A stretch of 64,000 nt of DNA from Bacteroidota bacterium (GTDB lineage Bacteria; Bacteroidota; Bacteroidia; Cytophagales; Cyclobacteriaceae): assembly GCA_039819065.1 (NCBI GenBank), contig JBCBSS010000018.1, positions 1 through 64,000 on the forward strand, read 5' to 3'. Every line of letters starts with the position of its first letter. Position 1 is the first letter of the stretch. Shown here in pieces: positions 7,087-16,342 of the stretch. A program made the translations under genes and the position numbers. Below the pieces are notes generated by a model. It was not told where the DNA came from. It did no database searches and was given only the letters and a program-made list of their open reading frames with translations.

Positions 7087-9843
7087 ATGAGCATACCTAA
7101 TTACATTAAATTCCTCAAGAGTTGTTATCAGTCTGACAACCGGCAATTATCACTTTCTAGCATCTACCATGACAAGGTAGAGAATCGGTATTTTTTCTCT
7201 GGTAAGGAGGAGTTGCTTAACGAGCACCTCCCTTACGTTGGTATTGAAAATAAATATGCCGAAGAGGTAAATAAGAACTTGAGCCTTTTTGCCAGAGAGA
7301 AACAACTTTTTCACTTTTCATTCTTTCTGCTGGTTCGAAGTCAGGGTTTTCAAAAACGAGTTCAGAACCTGTGTGTACCACTTTTCTTGCACCCAGCAGA
7401 AATATTTGAAAAGGATGGGCAGCACTTTGTACAGATCGACTTCGCAAGGAGAATCATAAACTACAATGTGCTGGCTTCGTTACGAGATGACCAGACACTT
7501 TCCACATCTGATTTAGTGGAGCAATTGCACAAAGAACTACCACCTGGAATTGTAGATTTTCAACGAGTAGGTAATATTGTAAGGGTGTTGAAAAAGCACA
7601 TATCTTCTATAGATACAGAAAGTATGTTGCTCTATCCTGACCTCACCAGTGAACAGGCAATCAAAACTAAACTCAAGGCATACAAGGCTAATCAATCTCC
7701 AACTATACTACCTGGCTCTGCACTTGGCGTAGTCAAAAAATCTACCAATACACGGGGCATTGTTAATGGACTCACGGCTTTAAGCGGGGCTTCAAGCTAT
7801 CCCGCCGCATTTAGAAAGCTCTTTTTGGATGATGATACAAGTATCGCGAGTAAAGAAAAGATAGGTATGGTACCTTCTATTCTGAGTAAAGCGCAAGAGC
7901 AGATTTTAGAGTCTGTGGCCGAAAATCATCAGACGCTGATTATAGGGCCGCCGGGTACGGGTAAATCATATACCATCGCTTCGCTCGCTGTAGAACAAAT
8001 GAGCAAAGGAAATACCGTGCTCATTGCTGCTCGAACCGATCAGGCGCTTGATGTAATTGCTGACAAAATAGAGAATCAACTAGGCCTAACGAACCTGGTT
8101 GTAAAGGCTAGCCAGAAAGACTCAGTTAAACGATTAAGCCATCGCATCGCGGTGCTATTGTCAGGTATCAAAGGTGATTTATGGAAGATGGCCCATAGAA
8201 GGTCAGATCTTTTAAGGAGCATCGAAAAGACCAAATCGAAGATAGCTTCGCTTGAAAAGGCTTTTAAACAACAGGTAGAAGATGAGATAGATTGGGGAGG
8301 ACATTTCGTTGATTATAAGAAAGATCCGGGTTTTTTCAAGAGCCTGAAAAAGCATTACATCAATTTCAGAAATTCCAGGCGAGAGCCCCATTGGGTGATA
8401 GCCAATGAGCTTTTTGAACTGTTCGAAACCCAACAACGCGAAATTAAAGAATACATCAGCTTAACTTTAGAACTTCAGGTTGATAGGATTTTAAAAGAGC
8501 ATCGAAAAGACTTAACCAATTTTCAAAGTGCCATAAAGGCCAGAACAGGACTTAAGGCAGAGGCACTTTTTGAGCAAGTAAATTTCAAGGCAGTATTGAG
8601 CATACTTCCTATATGGTTGGTCAATATGTCAGACATTCATGATGTATTTCCACTCAACGCTGAGTTGTTTGATGTGGCTATAGTCGATGAAGCCACTCAA
8701 TGTGATATAGCCAGTGCACTCCCCATGCTTTATAGGGGCAAAAAGCATGTCATTGCTGGGGATCCTCAACAGCTCAGGCATATTTCATTTCTTTCCAGAA
8801 GCAGGCAAGCACAACTGGCGAAGTCATTTGAAATATCAGCGCTGGATACCGCCAAAATGGATTTCAGAGAGAATAGCTTACTCGACTTTTTCAATAAAGG
8901 TATCGCTGACCAAGCACAGGTGGCTTTTCTCGATGAGCATTTTCGAAGCCGACCTAGAATTATTCATTTCAGTAATCAACAATTCTATGAGGGAGCCCTC
9001 AAGGTGATGACCCAAAGGCCTGGAATTGAGCATTTGCCCAACGCCCTTGAGATTATTGATGCAAAAGGGAAGCGGTTGAAAAGTGGATATAATAAAAGAG
9101 AAGCAGAAGAGGTCATTACCGGAATAGAAGGTTTGATTAATGCTCAAGCCGATTTTAAGGCTGATATGATCACCTCGATTGGTGTTATCTCACCATTTCG
9201 TGATCAGGTCGATTACATAGCCAGGCAGATAGAGTCTACGTTCTCATTGACTGATATTCGCAGGCACAATATAATGATAGGCACGGCTTTCGCATTCCAA
9301 GGTGAAGAACGAGATATTGTATTTTTGTCATTTGCTGTTGACGGGCAAACGCACAGCTCCGCCTTTGTTCATTTGAATAAGCCAGATGTATTTAACGTAG
9401 CCATAACCAGGGCCAAATTCAAACAGGTTTTGATCAAGTCTATCGATAACAAAGAATTAGATTCCAATAGTTTATTCAGGAAATACCTTGATTTAGCAGG
9501 GAATGCGGATGCTTTCTACCGTGAATCGCATCAATATGCTCAACCTGATAGCAAAGATGACTTTCTCAAGGAGGTTATCGAAGAAATTGAAGAAGCTGGA
9601 ATTGAGCATTGGGTGTCCTATCATATAGGAGGCCTTGAAGTGGACGTTATGATGCATCATAAAAATGCTGCGTTTGCACTTGACCTTATTGGTTACCCCG
9701 GTGAATACCAGGATGCCTTTTCGATCGACCGCTATAAAATGCTTCAAAGAGTGGGAATTGATGTTTTTCCATTACCCTATACACTTTGGGTCAATTCAAG
9801 GACAAAATGTATGGAAAGCATTAAAGATCTTATTAAGTACTGA
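7087..9843 (+). CDS. SF1B Upf1/DNA2-like helicase with an uncharacterised N-terminal domain of about 290 aa and a C-terminal DUF559/Vsr-like (restriction-endonuclease-fold) domain
   Basis: Walker A LIIGPPGTGKSYT, motif II IVDEATQCD, motif III AGDPQQL, and motifs V/VI (FQGEERDIVFLS, VAITRAKF). C-terminal about 110 aa (…WVSYHIGGLEVDVMMHHKNAAFALDLIGYPGE…) resembles DUF559/Vsr-like endonuclease modules. First ATG at 7087; the ORF-track start 7054 is TTG. Confidence 0.8.
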   Translation: MSIPNYIKFLKSCYQSDNRQLSLSSIYHDKVENRYFFSGKEELLNEHLPYVGIENKYAEEVNKNLSLFAREKQLFHFSFFLLVRSQGFQKRVQNLCVPLFLHPAEIFEKDGQHFVQIDFARRIINYNVLASLRDDQTLSTSDLVEQLHKELPPGIVDFQRVGNIVRVLKKHISSIDTESMLLYPDLTSEQAIKTKLKAYKANQSPTILPGSALGVVKKSTNTRGIVNGLTALSGASSYPAAFRKLFLDDDTSIASKEKIGMVPSILSKAQEQILESVAENHQTLIIGPPGTGKSYTIASLAVEQMSKGNTVLIAARTDQALDVIADKIENQLGLTNLVVKASQKDSVKRLSHRIAVLLSGIKGDLWKMAHRRSDLLRSIEKTKSKIASLEKAFKQQVEDEIDWGGHFVDYKKDPGFFKSLKKHYINFRNSRREPHWVIANELFELFETQQREIKEYISLTLELQVDRILKEHRKDLTNFQSAIKARTGLKAEALFEQVNFKAVLSILPIWLVNMSDIHDVFPLNAELFDVAIVDEATQCDIASALPMLYRGKKHVIAGDPQQLRHISFLSRSRQAQLAKSFEISALDTAKMDFRENSLLDFFNKGIADQAQVAFLDEHFRSRPRIIHFSNQQFYEGALKVMTQRPGIEHLPNALEIIDAKGKRLKSGYNKREAEEVITGIEGLINAQADFKADMITSIGVISPFRDQVDYIARQIESTFSLTDIRRHNIMIGTAFAFQGEERDIVFLSFAVDGQTHSSAFVHLNKPDVFNVAITRAKFKQVLIKSIDNKELDSNSLFRKYLDLAGNADAFYRESHQYAQPDSKDDFLKEVIEEIEEAGIEHWVSYHIGGLEVDVMMHHKNAAFALDLIGYPGEYQDAFSIDRYKMLQRVGIDVFPLPYTLWVNSRTKCMESIKDLIKY

Positions 9844-9931
9844 TCATGAAACTTATTTAGGTGATTTTCTGTAAGAACTTTACTTTCAAGTGATCAGAGA
9901 AGATATTATCTTTTGACCATAATTGCTTTCA

Positions 9932-10315
9932 ATGGAGAAAATTGCACTAGAAGGAACTGAAGAACGTCCTTCTGTTATACTAGATAAGACTACCGGTAAG
10001 TTTGAGATAGCTGGGAAATCTTATATGGAGGATGTAGCGACCTTCTATCACGAAATTATAGACTGGCTCGAGGATTATGGCAAGGAACCCAATGCGCTGA
10101 CCGTTTTCGAGTTTCGACTGGACTATAGGAACACTTCATCATCCAAGATGATCATCGATGTCATTGAGATTTTGCATAACATCAACAAATCTGGTCATGA
10201 TGTTTTAGTCAAATGGTGCTATTATGCAGATGATGAGGACATTAAACAAATAGGTAGAGACTTTAGTGAGATATACCAGTTACCTTTTGTTTTTGACTGT
10301 ACCGATTCATTTTAG
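9932..10315 (+). CDS. DUF1987 (SiaC-like) domain protein
   Basis: about 127-aa protein (…FEFRLDYRNTSSSKMIIDVIEIL…KWCYYADDEDI…) matching the DUF1987/SiaC partner-switch target family; ATG at 9932 (ORF-track start 9923 is TTG). Confidence 0.6.
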   Translation: MEKIALEGTEERPSVILDKTTGKFEIAGKSYMEDVATFYHEIIDWLEDYGKEPNALTVFEFRLDYRNTSSSKMIIDVIEILHNINKSGHDVLVKWCYYADDEDIKQIGRDFSEIYQLPFVFDCTDSF

Positions 10316-10782
10316 CTCTTAAATTGCTGAATCTGTTCCGTACTAAGCGAACAGTTAATCCATTCTCCGTCTAAATCTGATCCATACTTTATGTAGAAGT
10401 TGATCGCCGGCTCATTCCAATCCAGCACCTGCCACACCATGCCCGCACAATTATCTTCTTTTGCTCTTTCTATGGTACGATCGAAAAGTAATTTGCCGAT
10501 TCCCTTACCTCTCTGGCTTTCGGTCACGACAATATCTTCCAGGTAAAGGCGCTTTCCTTTCCAGGTAGAATAACGATAGTAGTATATGGAGATGCCCACA
10601 ATCAGCCCTTCGGATTCCGCTACGAATAAACCGTAAATTGGATTTTCACCAAAGCCATCTTCTTCCATGCGCTCCACCGTATTCTCCACTTGATCAAGCC
10701 CTTTTTCGTATGCTGCGAGCTCTTTTATCAATTCCAGTACCCTGGGAAGATCTTCTTTTTTGCCGTATCTGATTGTAGCCAT
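10312..10782 (-). CDS. GNAT family N-acetyltransferase
   Basis: acetyl-CoA binding motif …VTESQRGKGIGKLLFDRTIE… (Q/RxxGxG/A). Confidence 0.8.
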   Translation of the reverse strand: MATIRYGKKEDLPRVLELIKELAAYEKGLDQVENTVERMEEDGFGENPIYGLFVAESEGLIVGISIYYYRYSTWKGKRLYLEDIVVTESQRGKGIGKLLFDRTIERAKEDNCAGMVWQVLDWNEPAINFYIKYGSDLDGEWINCSLSTEQIQQFKS

Positions 10783-10810
10783 ATGAGTAATAATAAACCT
10801 ATTCAGTATG

Positions 10811-10864
10811 AAAACAAAAGGCTGTCGCGAAAGCCTATCATTTCGATCGGCTTTTACGACAGCC
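10811..10864 (-). terminator. rho-independent terminator downstream of the prolyl oligopeptidase gene
   Basis: 16-bp imperfect inverted repeat GGCTGTCG-CG-AAAGCC / GGCTTT-TA-CGACAGCC (14 of 16 paired) followed on the minus strand by TTTTGTTTT. Confidence 0.55.
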
Positions 10865-10884
10865 CTATATGCATTTTTATCAGC

Positions 10885-13032
10885 TTATTGTTGCGTTTTG
10901 GCTAATTCTGGTATCACACCCATGTTGAACCAGGCAAAAGCATATCGATCTGCTGTTTGTTCTATCACCTTGGAAGTAGGTGTTCCGGCACCGTGACCTG
11001 CATCTGTTTCGATGCGTATCAACACTGGATTATTGCCTTTATGATTTTCCTGTAAGGTAGCTGCAAATTTGAATGAATGTGCAGGGACCACTCTGTCATC
11101 ATGATCAGCAGTGGTGACCATAGTGGCAGGGTAGGCCGTTCCAGGCTTAAGTGCATGCACGGGAGAATACTTATGCAAGTAATCAAACATTTCTTTAGAA
11201 TCTTCCGATGTGCCATAGTCTGATGCCCAACCAGCACCAGCTGTGAATTTGTGATATCTCAACATGTCCATCACGCCTACGGCCGGGAATGCTACTTTAG
11301 CCAAGTCAGGTCGCTGAGTCATAGTAGCTCCTACCAATAATCCTCCGTTAGAACCTCCGGCGATCGCCATATAATCACTTGAGGTATATTTCTCATTAAT
11401 CAAGTATTCACCAGCAGCGATGAAATCATCAAACACATTTTGCTTTTGCATTTTTGTACCTGCCTTATGCCACTTCTCACCATATTCACCACCACCGCGA
11501 ATATTTGGCTGGGCGTATATTCCGCCATTCTCTAACCATACAATTCTAGAAGTGCTAAATGAAGGCCTAAGACTGATATTGAACCCACCGTAAGCATATA
11601 GGTAGGTCGCATTCTTGCCATTCATTTCCAGCCCTTTCTTATGCACGATGAACATTGGCACTTTCGTGCCGTCCTTACTTTCGTAGAATACCTGCTTGGT
11701 TTCATAATCTTCGGGGTTGAAATCAATTTCAGGCTTTATATATAGCTCAGATTTACCACTGGCGATATCATACTTGAAAATGGTAGTAGGGTAGGTGAAG
11801 GAAGTAAACGAATAGTAGAGCTCAGTGTCTTCTTCTTCACCACCAAAACCTCCAGCTGTTCCTATTCCAGGTAACTCTACCTCTCGCTCCAGTTTCCCTT
11901 GCATGTCAAACTGCTTGATCTGTGTCTGGGCATCTACCATATAATTGGCGAAGATCTTACCACCCGCAGTACCGGCGTTCAGTACATTGTCATTTTCAGG
12001 AATAACATCCTTCCAGTTCTCTGGAACCGGATTAGCAGCATCAACCTCAACTATTCGATTGTTTGGTGCATCCAAGTTGGTTTGGATAAGCAGTCGAGAC
12101 CCTTCCGATGCCAGAATGCTATGATCGTTATCATAAGACTCTGTAATTGGGACAATCTCACCTCTAGGGTCATTTAGGTCCTTGATATAGAGCTGATTAC
12201 CACTAGTACTTTGTGCAGCTGTAATGACGAGGAATCTTTGGTCTTCAGTTAAATAAGCGAATATGTATCTTCTTGGCTGCTTTTCTCCGCCGAAAATAAG
12301 CTTATCTTCACTCTGTGGAGTACCTAACTTGTGGTAGTAGAGTTTGTGATATTGCGTTTTAGCTGAGAGTTCACTTCCTGCTTCGGGTTTATCATAGCTG
12401 CTGTAGAAGAAGCCCTCGTTGCCTTTCCACGAGAGACCACTGAACTTGATGTCTTTCAGTGTATCACCAACCATCTCTTTGTTTTGGGCATTAAGTACAA
12501 TCGCTTTTCTCCAATCAGATCCACCTTCAGAAATTAGAAACCCAAACAATGAGCCGTCTTTAGAAAAGCTGGTACCCATCATTGATATTGTGCCTTCTTC
12601 ATTGAAAGTATTGGGATCTATGAAGACTTCAGCTTCTCCATCTTCGCCTTTCTTTCTGTAAAGGACATTTTGGTTTTGAAGTCCATCATTCTTGGAGAAA
12701 TAGTAATAATCTCCATGTTTGCTGGGTGCAAATACCCTTTCATAATCCAGCAACTCTGTGAGTCTGGATTTTATGTTATCCCTGAATGGGATATCATTGA
12801 GATAACCAAAAGTCACTTCATTTTGAGAGGATACCCATTTGGCAGTTGCCTCTGAGCGATCGTCTTCCAACCAACGATAAGGGTCAGGTACTTCCGTACC
12901 GAAATAGACGTCTGTGGTATCTACTTTAGCCGTTTCGGGATATGGGAAGGCAGCTTTATTTTCATCTGCTTTTTCACTACAAGCATACATGGTCATGGCT
13001 GCTAACAGAAATAATAATGATTGCTTCATCAT
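10885..13032 (-). CDS. prolyl oligopeptidase (S9A family) lipoprotein
   Basis: N-terminal lipoprotein signal (…AMTMYACSEK), beta-propeller region, and a C-terminal alpha/beta hydrolase domain with GGSNGGLL (GxSxGG) nucleophile motif. Confidence 0.9.
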   Translation of the reverse strand: MMKQSLLFLLAAMTMYACSEKADENKAAFPYPETAKVDTTDVYFGTEVPDPYRWLEDDRSEATAKWVSSQNEVTFGYLNDIPFRDNIKSRLTELLDYERVFAPSKHGDYYYFSKNDGLQNQNVLYRKKGEDGEAEVFIDPNTFNEEGTISMMGTSFSKDGSLFGFLISEGGSDWRKAIVLNAQNKEMVGDTLKDIKFSGLSWKGNEGFFYSSYDKPEAGSELSAKTQYHKLYYHKLGTPQSEDKLIFGGEKQPRRYIFAYLTEDQRFLVITAAQSTSGNQLYIKDLNDPRGEIVPITESYDNDHSILASEGSRLLIQTNLDAPNNRIVEVDAANPVPENWKDVIPENDNVLNAGTAGGKIFANYMVDAQTQIKQFDMQGKLEREVELPGIGTAGGFGGEEEDTELYYSFTSFTYPTTIFKYDIASGKSELYIKPEIDFNPEDYETKQVFYESKDGTKVPMFIVHKKGLEMNGKNATYLYAYGGFNISLRPSFSTSRIVWLENGGIYAQPNIRGGGEYGEKWHKAGTKMQKQNVFDDFIAAGEYLINEKYTSSDYMAIAGGSNGGLLVGATMTQRPDLAKVAFPAVGVMDMLRYHKFTAGAGWASDYGTSEDSKEMFDYLHKYSPVHALKPGTAYPATMVTTADHDDRVVPAHSFKFAATLQENHKGNNPVLIRIETDAGHGAGTPTSKVIEQTADRYAFAWFNMGVIPELAKTQQ

Positions 13033-13110
13033 AAATATTGGTTTCGGTTTGTGCCAATATTATGAAGAAGCTTATGTGGGAGCAATTATTATTTTACAGA
13101 CGGAAAGTCG

Positions 13111-14385
13111 TCAGTTTATAATATCAAACCCTGTATACGGAACCAGTACTTCAGGTATTTTGATACCCTCAGGTGTCTGATTGTTTTCGATTATGCTGGC
13201 TACTATTCTAGGTAAGGCTAGCGCACTTCCATTAAGGGTATGCAGTAATTTCTTTTTGTTATCACTGTCCTTAAAACGTAGCTTCAGTCTATTGGCCTGA
13301 TAAGTCTCAAAATTACTGACCGAGCTTACTTCTAACCATCGCTTTTGTGCTGAAGAAAAAACCTCCATATCATACGTGATGGCAGACGTAAAACCAAGAT
13401 CACCACCGCATAGATTAAGTACTCGGTAGTGTAATTCCAGTTTTTCCAACAGCCCTTGCACATGATCGCACATTTCTTTTAAGGCATCGTAGGATTTGTC
13501 TGGGTGCTGAATCTGCACTATTTCGACTTTATCGAACTGATGCAACCTGTTGAGTCCGCGAACGTGAGCCCCCCAAGAGCCTGCTTCTCTCCTGAAGCAA
13601 GGTGTGTACCCAACCTTTTTGACCGGCAGTTCACTTTCGTTAAGAATGGTATCTCTGTATATGTTAGTAATAGGTACTTCGGCAGTAGGTATCAAATAAA
13701 GGTCATCCTCACCTACATGATACATTTGCCCTTCTTTATCTGGTAATTGACCCGTACCGTATCCTGATGCTTCATTGATCAGTATGGGTGGCTGAACTTC
13801 GGCATATCCTGCCTTTGCGGCTTCATCAAGGAAAAAGTTGATCATAGCACGTTGTAGTCTGGCTCCTTTACCTTTATAGACAGGAAAACCAGCTCCGGTG
13901 ATTTTATTGCCAAGATCGAAATCGATAATATCGTATTTCTTGATTAGCTCCCAGTGGGGTAATGCATCCTCACCTAATTCGGCAGGACTACCCTTTTCCA
14001 TAACCACTACGTTATCACCTGGGGTATTGCCTACGGGTACGTCTTTATTGGGCAGGTTAGGAACCGTATATAACAGTTCATTCAATTGTTGCTCGAGTTG
14101 ATCAAGTTTTTCCCCTAAGGTTTTGCTCTCTGACCTGAGTTGTCCTGCCTTGGTTTTTACGCCCTCCGCTTCTTCGCGCTCACCTTGTTTCATAAGTTGG
14201 CCGATTTGCTTAGACAGATTGTTTGACTCGGCTAGCACTGAATCTCGATTGGTCTGCGTATTTCTACGTTCCTCATCCAGAGAGATGATTTCGCTTATGA
14301 CACTATTCGCTTCAGAAAAACCTCTCTTTTCGAGTCTTTCTATAACTGTTTGGCTATTTTCCCTTATGTAAGTTAACTGTAACAT
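13111..14385 (-). CDS. serS: seryl-tRNA synthetase
   Basis: N-terminal coiled-coil tRNA-binding arm plus class II core motifs (…FRREAGSWGAHVRGLNRLHQFDKVE…, …GSALALPR…); start set to the ATG at 14385. Confidence 0.95.
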   Translation of the reverse strand: MLQLTYIRENSQTVIERLEKRGFSEANSVISEIISLDEERRNTQTNRDSVLAESNNLSKQIGQLMKQGEREEAEGVKTKAGQLRSESKTLGEKLDQLEQQLNELLYTVPNLPNKDVPVGNTPGDNVVVMEKGSPAELGEDALPHWELIKKYDIIDFDLGNKITGAGFPVYKGKGARLQRAMINFFLDEAAKAGYAEVQPPILINEASGYGTGQLPDKEGQMYHVGEDDLYLIPTAEVPITNIYRDTILNESELPVKKVGYTPCFRREAGSWGAHVRGLNRLHQFDKVEIVQIQHPDKSYDALKEMCDHVQGLLEKLELHYRVLNLCGGDLGFTSAITYDMEVFSSAQKRWLEVSSVSNFETYQANRLKLRFKDSDNKKKLLHTLNGSALALPRIVASIIENNQTPEGIKIPEVLVPYTGFDIIN

Positions 14386-14713
14386 GGTTGCGGTGTATTT
14401 GGGCGTCAAAAATAATCCAATTTGCGACTAATCACTGTTATTTCAGTCTAAGAATGGTTTTTGGAACATAAAATTATTTTTTGCCCTTGACTATTACACC
14501 ACCTTAGCATATTATTGCACTATCAATTGACATTAAGGCAATTCCTGAAGGTCATATCTTTTTTACGATAATCATTATCCATATATATTTGTTGAGTCTC
14601 TAAAATAGCGTGCGGGTCGTACCATTCCCTGGACTCCCACATTTGACACGAAGCAAAAAATTCTAAATTCTCAAATATTAATCCTTTACTATTCCCTTCA
14701 TTATTAAAACTGT

Positions 14714-16276
14714 ATGTATACCATTGAAGATTTGAATGTGAGGCTTCTCTCCGAGTTGAAAGAGATTGCCGAAGAGATGGGCTTGAAAAATTATAAGAAA
14801 CTTGCCAAGAAAGATCTTGTCTACAAAATACTAGATCAACAGGCAGTAGCCCCACAGGCAGGCTCATCCGACAAGAAAGAGGAAGCCAAAAGCAGCGAGG
14901 CTAAAACTAACAAAGCGCCTAGAAAGAGAGAGAATGTGAAGCCAGTAGAGGAGAAAAAGCAAGAGAAAGAACTTTCTTCCGAAGAGCTGCTTGAGTCATT
15001 CAATATTGAGCTAGACGAGAGCATTACTTCATTTCAGAGTGAAATTGCTCCTGCAGAAGCTAAACCAGAGCCTCCTGCTGAAAAACCTCAGAGAAATCAA
15101 CCTCAAAGAAGAGATAGAGAAGACCACCGTAACAAGAAGAAGGAAAACCCTGTAAAGGATTTTGACGGTGTAATTGAGAATGAAGGAGTACTTGAAATTA
15201 TGCAGGATGGCTACGGATTCTTGAGGTCATCGGATTATAATTATCTGGCGAGCCCGGATGATATTTATGTATCACCATCACAAATCAAGCTATTCGGCTT
15301 GAAAACAGGTGATGCTGTAAAAGGTCAAATCAGACCGCCTAAGGAAGGGGAAAAATATTTCGCACTTCTACGTGTGGAAAACGTAAATGGCAAAACGACC
15401 GAGGAAATCAGGGACAGGGTTCCTTTTGAATACCTGACGCCACTTTTCCCGGAAGAGAAAATTAACCTCAGTACTCAACCAAGTAATTACTCTACCAGAA
15501 TACTAGACCTTTTTGCACCGATTGGTAAAGGACAAAGAGGTATGATCGTTGCCCAGCCTAAGACTGGTAAAACGGTTCTCCTTAAGAATATCGCCAACGC
15601 TATCAGCGAGAACCACCCGGAATGCTACCTCATTATATTGCTTATTGATGAGCGACCTGAAGAGGTTACCGATATGGCCAGAAGCGTAAAAGCCGAGGTT
15701 ATCTCATCTACTTTTGACGAGCAAGCAGAAAGACATGTGAAAGTGTCTAGCATTGTATTGGAGAAGGCTAAGAGAATGGTGGAATGTGGACACGACGTGG
15801 TAATCCTTCTAGATTCAATTACCAGGTTAGCGAGAGCTTACAATACAGTTGTACCTTCTTCTGGTAAAATACTTTCAGGTGGTGTGGATGCAAACGCACT
15901 TCACAAACCAAAAAGATTCTTTGGAGCAGCTAGAAATGTTGAAAACGGTGGTTCACTTACCATTATCGCTACTGCACTGATCGAAACTGGTTCTAAAATG
16001 GACGAGGTTATCTTTGAAGAATTCAAAGGTACAGGTAACATGGAGCTTCAGCTGGATAGGAAACTATCTAACAAACGTGTGTACCCTGCGATCGATGTTC
16101 CTGCTTCCGGAACTAGGAGAGAAGATCTTCTTATGTCAGAAGAAGAACTTCAAAGAGTATGGATATTGCGCAAGTTCATGTCTGACATGAATTCTAATGA
16201 GGCGATGGAGTTCTTATTAGAGAAAATGAGAGGGACTAGAAACAATGAAGAATTCCTGATCTCAATGAACGGGTAA
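14714..16276 (+). CDS. rho: transcription termination factor Rho (Bacteroidota type with charged N-terminal insertion)
   Basis: N-terminal helix bundle, about 110-aa K/E/P-rich insertion, cold-shock-like RNA-binding domain, then the RecA-like ATPase (…[15 protein letters not shown]…). Confidence 0.95.
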   Translation: MYTIEDLNVRLLSELKEIAEEMGLKNYKKLAKKDLVYKILDQQAVAPQAGSSDKKEEAKSSEAKTNKAPRKRENVKPVEEKKQEKELSSEELLESFNIELDESITSFQSEIAPAEAKPEPPAEKPQRNQPQRRDREDHRNKKKENPVKDFDGVIENEGVLEIMQDGYGFLRSSDYNYLASPDDIYVSPSQIKLFGLKTGDAVKGQIRPPKEGEKYFALLRVENVNGKTTEEIRDRVPFEYLTPLFPEEKINLSTQPSNYSTRILDLFAPIGKGQRGMIVAQPKTGKTVLLKNIANAISENHPECYLIILLIDERPEEVTDMARSVKAEVISSTFDEQAERHVKVSSIVLEKAKRMVECGHDVVILLDSITRLARAYNTVVPSSGKILSGGVDANALHKPKRFFGAARNVENGGSLTIIATALIETGSKMDEVIFEEFKGTGNMELQLDRKLSNKRVYPAIDVPASGTRREDLLMSEEELQRVWILRKFMSDMNSNEAMEFLLEKMRGTRNNEEFLISMNG

Positions 16277-16302
16277 GGATTCTGTTGATATAAAACTTTA
16301 AG

Positions 16303-16338
16303 AGGCCTTGGAAACTGAACGTTTTCAAGGCTTTTTTT
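16303..16338. terminator. bidirectional intrinsic terminator between rho (+) and the isochorismatase-family gene (-)
   Basis: GCCTTGGAAA…TTTTCAAGGC hairpin followed by TTTTTTT on the plus strand. Confidence 0.5.
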
Positions 16339-16342
16339 CTGC

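Noticed and set aside
5121-10315. mobile genetic element / genomic island boundaries for the candidate defence cassette
   Set aside because: No integrase, transposase, tRNA target or direct repeats were visible at the flanks. Acquisition cannot be asserted from sequence alone; only comparative synteny can decide.
10808-10996. 62-aa plus-strand ORF
   Set aside because: It spans the prolyl-oligopeptidase terminator hairpin and the POP 3' end; no independent support.
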